This document shows positions 51,244 to 62,602 of a DNA stretch of 64,000 nucleotides, piece after piece. The notes beneath the pieces were generated by a model. It did not search any database and was not told where the DNA came from. It saw nothing but the letters and a program-made list of their open reading frames with translations. The translations under genes were made by a program, and so were the position numbers. Source of the stretch: Cyanidioschyzon merolae (taxonomy: Eukaryota); the NCBI GenBank assembly GCA_000091205.1, contig AP006495.2; one strand, 5' to 3'. Numbering within the stretch: the stretch's first letter is position 1; each line of letters begins with the position of its first letter.

Positions 51244-53226
51244 GTGGCTTTGTCTGGTGCACCAATGGTACCTGGTGTTGCGTTTTTGGCGTGCCCGGTG
51301 CCGCTCCGATGGCAGGTGACGCATCCAGCGTCCGACGGTACCGCGGCACCTCGTCGGCTGCAGCAGTCACGTCGTTGGGCGGCGCTGTGGCAGCCTCGCG
51401 GAACGCGCACTTGGCTTCAGTGCTCGTCTGCCTCTCTCGACAACTCGAACTTGGGACGGACTGAGCGGTTACGGGGCTCAGTGACGCTGTCCAGTCTGGG
51501 TGATGACTGGGTTGAGGCGTTCACGCGGGCGGTGAACGCACTGCTCGAAAACCCGGAGAGCGACGTACCGAAACAGTTGCTCGAGTCGTTACTGGCTCCA
51601 GATGCCAGATGGAGTGGAGACCTGATTGAACGCGCTACAACGCGGGCGTCCATTATCGACAAACTGGAACGGGCTGTTCACTTCTGGGAGTGCGCTGGCT
51701 GGTACATCCCGCCGAACGGTGTACGGTATCGGACAACGGCGGCGGAGCGCACCACTGCTTCCACCTCCGCGACTATCCACGTGGATATAGAGTTTATGGT
51801 GTCAGGACTGTGGCCTTTACCGTGGCGGCCACGCGTCGCCAGTGCTGGCACCTTATCCGTGGAACTCGAGCTCACAGGTGATGTATCCAGGAGCAGGTTG
51901 CGGGCACGGAATATCAAAGACAGACTCGAACAGGCAACACTGCCGGTTCTCACGCAACTTGTACCGAGTTTGTCAGACTTTGCCGCTGTGTACGTTGCAC
52001 CAATGCCGGAGAACGATGCGGTTTTCCGTCGACGTGCCAGTCAGAGCACTCTGCTGGACGCTTCTGCACAGCGGCCGTCAGCGCTTAAGCGCAGTCCTGA
52101 GTACATCGACGGCAGCCACGAGCAACAACCAAGTGAAACCGCTGCCGCATCGCCACCTGCGACACAAGCAGAGCGTCAGCGCGCGAATACCCTGCCCACT
52201 GGACCTGAGAGCGTAAGCCGCGGTGGTTTTCGTTTACCGCCACGATGCTATCGCGAGCCTCCGTATCGACCGTATGTTGAGTGCTTCCTTCTGCCGGGAA
52301 TGACGCGCCCCGCCTCGATAAAGTCAGCGTCGGGGTCGATGTTTCCTGTATTGCCCGCATTCGTTTTTAACTTTAGTCGATTTCGGAACCGTCTGGTGCT
52401 GGATCCTCAACAGTTCGCCTTTGTAACACCTGTTCAGGTGCGACGCTGGCTCCTCGACGAACTCGACCAGAACGTTGGCGCTCTTCTGGATAGAGCCGAC
52501 TCGGTGCCTGCGCCCCGAGAGGAGCTATATCTTCCCGAAGCGTTCGATGTCTTCGATACTGAGGATCTTTTCGACGAGATTCAAAGTCAGATCGCGAGTT
52601 GGTCGTCTCCTGTTGACGATCATGACGCATCGGTGCTGCAATGGCGCATCCCTGTTCCGATTCGTTTTGGACGAGGAAGGCGGGTTGTTGTTGCACCGCA
52701 CCCGTATGCGGATGCGCTGGGACGGGGTGAAACCCCGTCGGACGAAAACCTGAATGGTGCCCCAACGGGTGCTCAACAGTTTTCCTCTGCAGCGCTTCCA
52801 CGCTCCGTTTTTCGGATTCCGAGCGCAGTCTCTCCGGTTACGGTGGAGCGCTTAGAGCGCACGGGCGCTCCGCCGCTGCCTTCGATATCCGCCAACGGCC
52901 GCGTGCTTGTGCGTTATGCGCTCAGCGAAGGCACGGGGTGTGTATTCTTCGCTCGTCGGTTTCGGGGTATGCTCACACCGGGACGTCTCGCTCGGCTCCG
53001 CTACGACCTGCTGATGGATTTGCGTCTTGCTGGTCGCGTGCCGGCTGGTTGGCTACCCCACGAGTCCCGATGGCGACTTTCTTGTTATGATTGCTCGGTT
53101 GGATTCGATGAAAACGCGGAGATCTCCGTTGCTGTTTACCGCTCGAGTCGCCCGCTGTTTTGTATCTTTGAACTAGCACTTGAGGTGCCGCGGGCTTTCT
53201 CACAGGCAGATACGGCAGCATCGTAA
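51244..53226 (+). CDS. Hypothetical protein, 660 aa, no recognised domain. The N-terminus is presequence-like.
   Basis: Long uninterrupted ORF in a genome where long ORFs correspond to genes. No motif recognised. Confidence 0.4.
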   Translation: MALSGAPMVPGVAFLACPVPLRWQVTHPASDGTAAPRRLQQSRRWAALWQPRGTRTWLQCSSASLDNSNLGRTERLRGSVTLSSLGDDWVEAFTRAVNALLENPESDVPKQLLESLLAPDARWSGDLIERATTRASIIDKLERAVHFWECAGWYIPPNGVRYRTTAAERTTASTSATIHVDIEFMVSGLWPLPWRPRVASAGTLSVELELTGDVSRSRLRARNIKDRLEQATLPVLTQLVPSLSDFAAVYVAPMPENDAVFRRRASQSTLLDASAQRPSALKRSPEYIDGSHEQQPSETAAASPPATQAERQRANTLPTGPESVSRGGFRLPPRCYREPPYRPYVECFLLPGMTRPASIKSASGSMFPVLPAFVFNFSRFRNRLVLDPQQFAFVTPVQVRRWLLDELDQNVGALLDRADSVPAPREELYLPEAFDVFDTEDLFDEIQSQIASWSSPVDDHDASVLQWRIPVPIRFGRGRRVVVAPHPYADALGRGETPSDENLNGAPTGAQQFSSAALPRSVFRIPSAVSPVTVERLERTGAPPLPSISANGRVLVRYALSEGTGCVFFARRFRGMLTPGRLARLRYDLLMDLRLAGRVPAGWLPHESRWRLSCYDCSVGFDENAEISVAVYRSSRPLFCIFELALEVPRAFSQADTAAS

Positions 53227-53957
53227 GTTCGTGAAGGCTTTCGATGCGAGCGATTTCGCTTGTTCCACGTATCGACAGTTGTGTTTCAGTTCCCGAGCGT
53301 AGATACCGGATACCATGCGAGGACGTGTCGCGACATGGAGTCCAGCCTCGCTCGCGGGTAACTTGTGCGTTGCACCTGGATGAGCAGACATCGGACTCGA
53401 GCCGAGCTCGAGTTGCCAGCAGTGCCAGAGATGCCCCATCCAGTACGTACGTGTGGTCTGTGTGCTGCAGCTGTCGACGTCAAGTCGCTTCGGTCAGTCG
53501 ACTTTGCATGTCCATTACGTGACCATGAGGTAAGTTCTTGTAGCGGCCTCGCGGGGGCGGTGCAGCTTCTCGTTCTCATTGTTGTTTCGTGCGCAATGGC
53601 TAGCATTTTGAGTCTGTTGGCGCCATGCGCTGACCCCAGAAGCGACGATGCTCTGGATATCGCAACCGCTGCTCTAGGTGTCCGAAAACATGGCCAAATC
53701 AAAACGAACCGAGCGTGGTGGCATAGTCGCTGCAGCATCCTGCTTTTTCACACATGTCTGGAGTACTGCGGTGCGTTGACGCTTTGCTCTGCTACCTTGT
53801 TGACAACTGCCTATGCTTATTCACATGAATATGCGTAAGAGAGTCCGCACTGCGGTTGTCTTGCCGCGAAAGAGGCGTCTTCGTGCCCGCAGTTGTGCGG
53901 CGTGCATCCTGTCAGTGCACTCTGCTCGTTCCCGGGGTCCATCGAAGAGCAAGAGCC

Positions 53958-54343
53958 TCATTCGCGCCACTGGGCACCACACTCCAAACACCGATAAAAC
54001 GTGGTCATAGGCTCGTCTGCACTGCGTGTTTGCAACTGGTAAAAGCTGGCCTTTCGTGCGCTACAGCGCTCGCAACGAACCTGGCTTGTTTCTTGACCAG
54101 CTGACTCTGCACCGAGCACCACAAGCTCCTCTGGTTGCTGTAGGGTCTGCGACACTCCCGCTCGGACTTGGTTTCTGTCTCGGGCGGTCCAGGGATGGAG
54201 CGGCTCTGTCCAAGTGGTGTTCGGCGGTGGCGTGTAGCAGTACCCGCAGCGTCGACAGAGCAGACAGGTCAGCACCTGATCAACGCGCCGCTGATGCTGC
54301 ACTGTACGCACTCTTTCATAGCAAACTGGACAGTAGAGCATCA
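53958..54343 (-). CDS. RNA polymerase Zn-ribbon subunit of the TFIIS/RPC11/RPA12 family, ~127 aa. It is embedded at the 3' end of a longer 288-aa ORF (53958-54824), and the start is uncertain.
   Basis: N-terminal ribbon 'LYCPVCYERV...TCLLCRRCGY'. C-terminal TFIIS-type ribbon 'CERCSARKASFYQLQTRSADEPMTTFYRCLECGAQWRE', with the acidic hairpin 'RSADE' typical of the cleavage-competent RPA12/RPC11/TFIIS members. Confidence 0.7.
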
Positions 54344-57300
54344 GGTCTTCGCATACGGTGGGAGCGGTCGGCGTGTTCCCGCCCTCAGCGACGCTGAACT
54401 CCAGTCTGAACGAGAACGAGTTGCGGGCAATGTGCTTGCCGCGTTCGCTGCTGGGCATGCCACCGACTAGTGTGTCAGGTGGATATGGAGCATTGGAGTG
54501 CTCGCTCGTTCTCTCTATCTGTCTGTCTATCTCTGTGCTCTTGCTTTGCTGTTTTATACGAACTGGTTTGGGTGGACAACTTCGACATTCAAAGCACGGC
54601 AATGAGGCGTTACGGATGCATACGAGTTTAGAAGATGCTCGGTTGCCTTTTCGAGGCCAAGTCGACGCTTTACCGCTGGCGTCTGAGACGGCATCGCGAT
54701 CAAGCGGATACGCAACACACTCGGGCAGGTTCGGTGGTAACGGAAGCGATGGCGTTATCCAATGCATACGTAGGAGCCTGTCATGCTCTCCTTTACTTCC
54801 GAGTCGCGTGGTCAATGCATGCATTGTTCCATTCCTCGCTTTTTCTGTTTCGAGTTCTCACCCGTGGGCGCAGCGATTCGTAATGCTAGATGAAAGAGCG
54901 GAAAACGCAATGATTTCTCGTGATGAGCTCTTCGGAAGCTCATGCCGAATCTTGCCTGACCTTCGCATGTCCAGGAGTCGATGCCGTTCGAAAGACAGAT
55001 TCTGCGTTGTTTGTGATCATCGAGAAGTCTGCATTTTACTGAAGCAATGTATCGTTCACGAAATGTAGTCCCAGCGGCTCGCATCTCTTCGGTTTCCACG
55101 GGGATCGGTTTTGGACTCGCACCAGCGCTATGGTAGTAACCACTTCGCGTGGAGCGTGTTTCATCGCTTCGCACGAAGGCAGCGCAGCTGTATCAAAGCT
55201 TCCCTGTTTGTTCTCTAGCTTGGAATGGCTTGACGGTTCTTGTATCGCGATGACGAAAGTAGCGTTGCAAAAATCCTCTGTCGAGTAGAACAGCGTGCGC
55301 TTCCGCGTATGACAGACAGCGTACTCGTCGAGTGGTCTACCCCAATGAGCCTGTGGATGTAGGATGAGGGACAGGGCGCAGAAATGGAGGACGCTTACGA
55401 AGGGCGTCCTTTTTACCCGTTGAGGGTATTTTTCGAGCGCTGGAGGAAGCGCTCATACGTCGCAGGTCAAGGCTTGGTGAATCTGAGGTAGACATATGGG
55501 AACACCCGTCCACAATCAAGTGCCAGCGCTGGTAAGTGCACACCTCGGTTGTATACATAGAGGATGGAAATGGCAGGGGAAGCGTGGATCGAAAGCACGA
55601 ACTGTGCGACAAATGCGTCGACAGCAGCCAGAAGCGGTGCAACCTAGAGATTCCATGCTGCCACCAGCATCGCTCGGCTGCTGGCGACGGAGCAAGAGGG
55701 AAACCAGGGACCCGCGCACTTCATGCGGGGCGACAAGCGGCAGCGAGAGGAAGCACTCGGAGGAATCGTGCGAAAACGCTAGTGTTCATAACGCTATGAA
55801 GAGACTCAAACTTTAGTGTACACGAATGCGCTAGGGTACCTGTCCCATTTGGTGCTGATATGGGTCTCTAGGCACAGGAGACTTCCCGAGCTCCATGTCC
55901 TGAGCGCGCACCTGTCTGTCCGGGAGACAAACGGAAGTGCATTGACATCTCCTGTCGGTTGCAAGGACAAGTGTATATGGAGACAATGACTAGTTGGCAG
56001 GGGATTTGCAAGTCGCAGCTATCGCCGCGTTCACGCGGAACGCGCTAGCTTCATCCAAGCACTTGGCCCTGCGCGGTGTCCAAGACACCTGCTTGTTTCC
56101 GCCTTCGACGACGCCTGATCTCCGACGCATCATAATGACGATGAGTATGCTTTGTGGTTGCTATACATCCTTTAGAGTTGTGCTGCGGAAAACGGAATAT
56201 CTATCATGAGTTTGTCTGTGAACCGTGTTTGTTGGCAGTTCATTGTGCTGGCGCGATCACCATGGCCCTCTAGTGTTTACGCCATCATCCACGACACTGG
56301 ACCTACTGCATTTCTCCGCTCTGTCAGCGGTGACACTGGGACGCGCTGCGTATGACGAACGCGGCGTACTTCTGTTCATGATTCCGGGGTGGAAGCGGCC
56401 GTTGCCGTCCTGAGTGCTGCGAATGGATTGAAAGTTCCGCTTTCGGAATCGAGGAGTCGTCTGCTTGACACGCTGGGGAGAAAATGCAAAGACTTTTACT
56501 TTTGCTGAAACAGCCTTGATTTCTGGCACGATTGGGATCTGCAGCAACGACAACTGCACGATTATTGGTGATCCTGGTCCAACATGAGTGTCCGGTACTT
56601 GGTCGAAGGTAGCGCGAATTCACCATCCCGACTTGCTGTGATAGACGTGACTTTTCTAGGTTTTCTGGAATACACCAGGACGCTGGCTTCCATGCCTGGA
56701 TAAAGCGAGTTTCGAAGGCGCTCATAGCAAGATGCCCCGTCCATGTCTACATACACCAACGTTCGTACTTCAGGAGCCAACGATGCTCATCCGATTTTAC
56801 CCAGTCCATATCTTACGCTCATCGTGCAGCAATGGATGACGGATATTCACGGCTACCGGTGAAATGTGCAACGATCCGCTCCGGGACACTCAATGCAGCG
56901 CGAGCGTACCGTGTTTCTGACCCGGTAAGCAGCGCATCACAAGTGCGCTCGGTAATTGATGGTTCAGCTTCAAATACAAGCGCGCGTGCATCTTTCGCAG
57001 TGCACGAAAGTTGTCGCTCTCTGCGTTGCATCTTCCGGCAATGATGGCTCTGTCTGGGCAGCACGAGTATATCTGTGCGCTATTTTTGAGCTTGGATGGC
57101 ATTTAGCACCCCTTTTGAGCATACCCTTGCGTCCTATCCACTTGATGTAGACCAAGTATGCATGAGCAAGATCGCGAGTGCCGCCTAACATCCACTTCAC
57201 GTCGTGTTCGTAGCTTCTTCTGTTGCTTATCTCCGCGTGGCTATTCTAGGTCTATGGGAAAGAACAAATTTGCGCGTAGCACTTGGAGCCTCCAGCGCAC

Positions 57301-57953
57301 GCATTCGATCTTTCCCAATGCCGCAGACGTCGGCTTCGACGTACGGCAAGGTATTTTTTTGGCGGGCACTGAACGAGGTAGTTGCATATGGTTCATATCT
57401 ATAAATAACTGTACATATGCATCCCCTGGCGCGAAAATCTCTTTCTCGCCTTCTTCCCCCAGGAATACATGCCCGTCACCAGCCGCTGGTTACCAAGATC
57501 AGCGCCGTTCGATCACCCCCAAGTACCGAGAACCATAGAGTTTAGCCCAGGATCCATGACAAGTTCAAACACAGTCTCTGACTCTTTCATACCTACCAGG
57601 CATCTTTCTTGAGTCCCTCTACCATGATATCATTTCCAAATATCTAAAGGACCAAATACGTCCATAAGCACCATCCCATCATTTCTATGCATCTCAGAAA
57701 TCAAGCACCAGTACGTGAACGTACGATCCGATGAGCATTTTCGCGCCTTCTTTCAAACGTGTTGGCGCCTCCCGCGCATCCATCCTGCAGAGCGCTGCGG
57801 CGCCTCGCGCGAAAGCCAACTGCCCTGGCGCCAATCGACGGACGCAGACCGCCGCTGGCGCTGTGCAAGAGCTCTCGAGCAACAACAAGGTACGCGCTTG
57901 AACATTGTCGAAGTGGACTTCCCAGCAGAGAGAGCCGAAGATTTGAACCAGCA

Positions 57954-60389
57954 ATGGAGCGGTGTGTAGTGAAACGTGATGGTCGTCGACAGCCGGTAAA
58001 GTTTGACAAAATCACTGCGCGAATCAAAAAGCTGGCCTACGGTTTGGACCCGCTCGTGGACGTCACCGAGGTTGCGCAGAAGGTGTGCGCTGGTGTATAC
58101 GACGGGGTGCATACCTCGGAGCTTGATGAGTTAGCTGCTGAAACTGCAGCGTACATGAGCACACGGCATCATGACTATTCGATTTTAGCTGCGCGGATCG
58201 CGGTAAGCAACTTGCACAAGAACACCGAAAAGTCATTCAGTGCGGTGATGGAACGCCTATATGCCTACAGGTCTCCGAAAACGAACGATCCAGCGCCGCT
58301 GATTGCGAGCGACGTCATTGAAATAGTGCGCCGCCACGCCGAAACGATAGATGGCGCTATCATCTACGACCGCGATTTCTCTTACGACTACTTTGGGTTC
58401 AAAACTTTGGAGCGCTCGTATCTGTTACGAATCGACGGCAAGGTGGTCGAGCGTCCCCAGCAAATGCTGATGCGCGTGGCGATTGGCATCCACAAGGAGG
58501 ACCTAGATGCCGCACTAGAAACCTATGACTATATGAGTCAAAAGTACTTTACGCATGCGAGTCCGACGCTCTTCAATGCCGGCACACCGCGCCCACAGCT
58601 CAGTTCGTGTTTCCTCCTGAGCATGACGGAGGACTCCATCGAGGGAATCTATGACACACTGAAGCGCTGCGCAGTGATTAGCAAGAGCGCGGGCGGTATC
58701 GGTCTGGCGATCCACAACATTCGAGCAACGAAATCTTACATTCGCGGAACGAACGGATCGAGCAACGGTATCGTGCCGATGCTTCGTGTCTTCAATGACA
58801 CAGCCCGCTATGTGGATCAGGGGGGTGGGAAACGCAAGGGCGCCTTTGCTGTATACCTGGAGCCATGGCATGCTGATATCTTTGAGTGGCTTGATCTGAA
58901 GAAGAACCACGGCAAAGAGGAAGCACGTGCACGAGATCTCTTCTATGCACTTTGGACGCCGGATCTATTCATGCGGCGAGTGGAGGCCAACGAACAGTGG
59001 TCCCTTTTCTGTCCGAATGAGGCGCCTGGTCTTGCGGATGTCTGGGGCGATGCGTTCGACGAACTCTATCAGCGCTACGAGGCTGAAGGCAGGGCACGAG
59101 AGGTGATCCCTGCGCGAAAGCTCTGGTTCTCGATTCTCGAGTCGCAGATTGAGACAGGCACGCCCTACATGCTCTACAAGGATCATTGCAACCGGAAAAG
59201 TAATCAGCAGAATCTAGGCACGATCCGCTGCTCCAATCTCTGCACCGAGATCGTAGAGTACACTGCACCAGACGAGGTTGCGGTGTGCAACCTCGCGAGT
59301 ATCGCTCTGAACAAGTTTGTGGTGCCAGGAGACCGTGAGCGCGGAACTTGTCCCGTATTTAACTTCGACGAGCTCGCCTTTGTGACTCGCATGGTTACCA
59401 AAAACCTGAACAAGATTATCGATGTGAACTTTTACCCCATTCCCGAGGCACAGAACTCGAATCTGCGTCACCGCCCGATTGGCATTGGTGTCCAAGGACT
59501 CGCTGATGCCTTCATCCTCATGCGGATGCCATTTGAAAGCGATGAGGCTCGTGCGCTGAACCAGGAAATCTTCGAGTGTATCTACTACAACGCATTGCAA
59601 GCGTCGATCGAGCTTGCGGAGCGCGACGGACCGTATGCCTCTTTCGAGGGCTCACCAGCGGCACGAGGACAGCTTCAGTTTGATCTTTGGAACGTGAAAC
59701 CGACTTCATCTCGTTGGGATTGGGATGCGCTTAAAGAGCGTATCACTCTTCACGGACTGCGTAATTCGCTACTGGTTGCCCCGATGCCGACTGCGTCCAC
59801 CTCGCAGATCCTGGGCAACAACGAATGTTTCGAGCCGTATACCTCGAATCTGTACACCAGGCGCGTGCTCGCTGGAGAGTTCACCGTCGTGAATCAACAT
59901 CTTGTCCGTGACCTGCAGGAGCTCGGCCTCTGGAACCCGCTCGTGAAGAACAAGATCATCGCCCACGGTGGCTCGATCCAGCAAATCCCTGAGATCCCCC
60001 AAGACATACGAGACCTCTATAAGACCGTCTGGGAGGTCAGCCAACGGCGCCTACTCGACCTGGCTGCTGATCGCGGTGCCTTCATCGACCAGAGCCAGTC
60101 CCTGAACGTTTACATCGCGCAACCAACGATCGGCAAGTTGAGCTCGATGCATTTCCACGGTTGGCGTCTTGGCCTCAAAACCGGTATGTATTACCTCCGG
60201 ACGCGACCAGCAGCTGATGCTATCAAGTTCACGCTCGATCAGCGTATTCTCAAGGAAGAGAACCACACCGCTGTCAATGGATCGCAACTGCCGTGCAATC
60301 TCACGCCGCGTACCAGCGCAGCTGAGCAGTTCGCTGCACTCGCCTGCTCCCTAGATAAGAAGGATGACTGCATCGCGTGCGGAAGCTGA
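57954..60389 (+). CDS. RNR1: Ribonucleoside-diphosphate reductase large subunit (class I, R1), ~811 aa. The ORF opens at 57759; the conserved N-terminus starts at Met 57954.
   Basis: ATP-cone '[27 protein letters not shown]'. '[20 protein letters not shown]', '[27 protein letters not shown]', '[21 protein letters not shown]'. C-terminal 'CIACGS' tail. Confidence 0.95.
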   Translation: MERCVVKRDGRRQPVKFDKITARIKKLAYGLDPLVDVTEVAQKVCAGVYDGVHTSELDELAAETAAYMSTRHHDYSILAARIAVSNLHKNTEKSFSAVMERLYAYRSPKTNDPAPLIASDVIEIVRRHAETIDGAIIYDRDFSYDYFGFKTLERSYLLRIDGKVVERPQQMLMRVAIGIHKEDLDAALETYDYMSQKYFTHASPTLFNAGTPRPQLSSCFLLSMTEDSIEGIYDTLKRCAVISKSAGGIGLAIHNIRATKSYIRGTNGSSNGIVPMLRVFNDTARYVDQGGGKRKGAFAVYLEPWHADIFEWLDLKKNHGKEEARARDLFYALWTPDLFMRRVEANEQWSLFCPNEAPGLADVWGDAFDELYQRYEAEGRAREVIPARKLWFSILESQIETGTPYMLYKDHCNRKSNQQNLGTIRCSNLCTEIVEYTAPDEVAVCNLASIALNKFVVPGDRERGTCPVFNFDELAFVTRMVTKNLNKIIDVNFYPIPEAQNSNLRHRPIGIGVQGLADAFILMRMPFESDEARALNQEIFECIYYNALQASIELAERDGPYASFEGSPAARGQLQFDLWNVKPTSSRWDWDALKERITLHGLRNSLLVAPMPTASTSQILGNNECFEPYTSNLYTRRVLAGEFTVVNQHLVRDLQELGLWNPLVKNKIIAHGGSIQQIPEIPQDIRDLYKTVWEVSQRRLLDLAADRGAFIDQSQSLNVYIAQPTIGKLSSMHFHGWRLGLKTGMYYLRTRPAADAIKFTLDQRILKEENHTAVNGSQLPCNLTPRTSAAEQFAALACSLDKKDDCIACGS

Positions 60390-60639
60390 GCTGTTACCGA
60401 TGATCGACTCTAAACCGTCTCAAATTATCCCATGATCGACTAGGTATGTACCAGAGCGTCTTGACGAATACCTCTTGTCGTGTTGAGGCACTGATCAACG
60501 AGCTTTCTCGTGCCTGCTGAGCTGCAGGTGCAGCGGCACTGGATTATCCACTGGGCGTGTCGTGCGTACCGTGTGTGTCGAGTCTGGTGGCGGCAACACG
60601 TGCGCTGCGTACGTCTTGCCGCGGAAGTGACGAAATGCC

Positions 60640-61175
60640 AAGGTAGTGAGAAACGTAATCCCTGATAGCAAAATGTATATCTTCGTATTCAATACATGAA
60701 CGCCTCTGATTCCCTTTGGAGAGAAGGACTATGCGAAGGCACTGAGAAACCTAATCCCTGATAGCATCATGTATATCTTCGTATTCAATACATGAACGCC
60801 TCTGATTCCCTTTGGAGAGAAGGACTATGCGAAGGCACTGAGAAACCTAATCCCTGATAGCATCATGTATATCTTCGTATTCAATACATGAACGCCTCTG
60901 ATTCCCTTTGGAGAGAAGGACTATGCAGGCACTGAGAAACGTAATCCCTGATAGCATCATGTATATCTTCGTATTCAATACGTGAACGCCTCTGATTCCC
61001 TTTGGAGAGAAGGACTATGCGAAGGCACTGAGAAACCTAATCCCTGATAGCATCATGTATATCTTCGTATTCAATACATGAACGCCTCTGATTCCCTTTG
61101 GAGAGAAGGACTATGCAGGCACTGAGAAACGTAATCCCTGATAGCATCATGTATATCTTCGTATTCAATACATGA
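60640..61175. repeat. AT-richer ~96-bp satellite, about 5.5 tandem units (94-96 bp each), between RNR1 and the next gene.
   Basis: Unit 'tgagaaacStaatccctgatagcaWMatgtatatcttcgtattcaatacRtgaacgcctctgattccctttggagagaaggactatgc(gaa)ggcac' starts at 60647, 60743, 60839, 60933 and onward. Confidence 0.95.
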
Positions 61176-61247
61176 AACAATGCCGTCTCACACCCGAAAT
61201 CAATTCCGACCGCCTGGCTGCAGCTTGGCCTCGGACCGGGTCAGGAG

Positions 61248-62078
61248 GTGCTGGTGCCTCACGCCCTGAGCATGTCAGGCGCTGCTCAGAAAACCAAGTC
61301 AAAGCACGCAACGTTTACAGAGTGCCTGCAACGGGAAGCGGAACGCGTGCAGCGACGAGAGCCGGCAGCGCTCGCGACCTGGCTTGCGGAACTTGCCGCT
61401 GCGAGCGACGACGCACAACAATCCGAAGAACTAGTTACGGAATGGCACAAGTTTTTCCAAGACTTTGTTGCACGCCAGCAGTTTCGTGTCTTTGTGACCG
61501 GTGATCAGGTGCCAGACCAGGGCGGTCGAGCAATCGCGCTCGCAGTTCGGCACAGCATCCGTCGTTCGGTGGAAACGGAGACAAAGCCAGAGGTTGCACG
61601 GATGACTACCGGAGCTTGCGTTACCGGGGCAGATGCTGCCCAGAAACTGCTCCCGGGGCTGTTACGACCAGACGTGCTTGTCTTGGCACCGGCAGCGGAG
61701 CGGGTGTGTCGGGCAGCGGCTGCAGTGGGAGCGCTTTCGCGCTTCCGCCGCTCCCGTTGGACTTGTTTGAAAGTGATCGCTCGTCACGAGCGACTAGAAG
61801 TTAGCATAGAACGCTGTAAGGCCTTGGCAAGAACACAAGAACGCCATAGGAACGGTGTCATCGTGCTGGGAACGCCTCATCGTATCAGCGAGTTGATGCA
61901 GCGTCAAGTACTTGGCGCACCGCGGAAAGCACTAGTACTCGATATGAGCCTTGACGTGAAATGCCGCCGTTTGTTGCGTATGCCTGGTGTACAGCAAGCT
62001 GCCCTGCATTGTCTGCGGATGATTGCAAAAGATCTTGCAGGTGATCATAGCCTTCCGGAGCTCGTCTTCTACGCCTAG
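61248..62078 (+). CDS. Hypothetical protein, 276 aa. It possibly has a helicase-like (RecA-fold) domain of the CMS1 type.
   Basis: ORF with 'RPDVLVLAPAAERVCRAA...NGVIVLGTPHRISELMQRQVL...ALVLDMSLDVKCRRLL', reminiscent of DEAD-box motif Ib/II-like strands. Assignment is weak. Confidence 0.35.
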   Translation: MLVPHALSMSGAAQKTKSKHATFTECLQREAERVQRREPAALATWLAELAAASDDAQQSEELVTEWHKFFQDFVARQQFRVFVTGDQVPDQGGRAIALAVRHSIRRSVETETKPEVARMTTGACVTGADAAQKLLPGLLRPDVLVLAPAAERVCRAAAAVGALSRFRRSRWTCLKVIARHERLEVSIERCKALARTQERHRNGVIVLGTPHRISELMQRQVLGAPRKALVLDMSLDVKCRRLLRMPGVQQAALHCLRMIAKDLAGDHSLPELVFYA

Positions 62079-62602
62079 ACGGTAACGATGGCCGGTTGCT
62101 GGCACCCAGCTCGCGTGCGGACTTGCGTGTACGCCTCAGTCCGACGAGATATCCCCTACGAGAAATGAGAATCCGAAAAAACTACGGCGGATTTCTGTTG
62201 ACTGATCCTCGGTACACATCGTGAGCGATTTCCGGTTCCAAGCGGTTGAGAGCATCACCGCTGGCCTCGATGCAGCGCTGCAGGTGACTGCGTTTTCACA
62301 GCGCCCTGCTGCGGTTGTAAATACTGGCCATTCACATAACAGAGCCGAGCGACTGGCAATGTTTGGTGCCTGGGAAACGACCATTGGCGGGCGTAGGGCA
62401 TCCCGGCCGGTTTGCTATCCAGAGATGACGTTGCCGAAGAGAAACGTACGCTTTATGGCCAATGGAGACGTCCAGCGCATCGCTCGAGATCGTTGGCACC
62501 CAAGAAGGTAGCCAGCCAGCCAGCCAGCCAGCCAGCCAATCATTACTTGAGGCGTTGCAGAGCGCACACCGATGATGAAGCTCTGGTGCCGCTGTCACCT
62601 GC

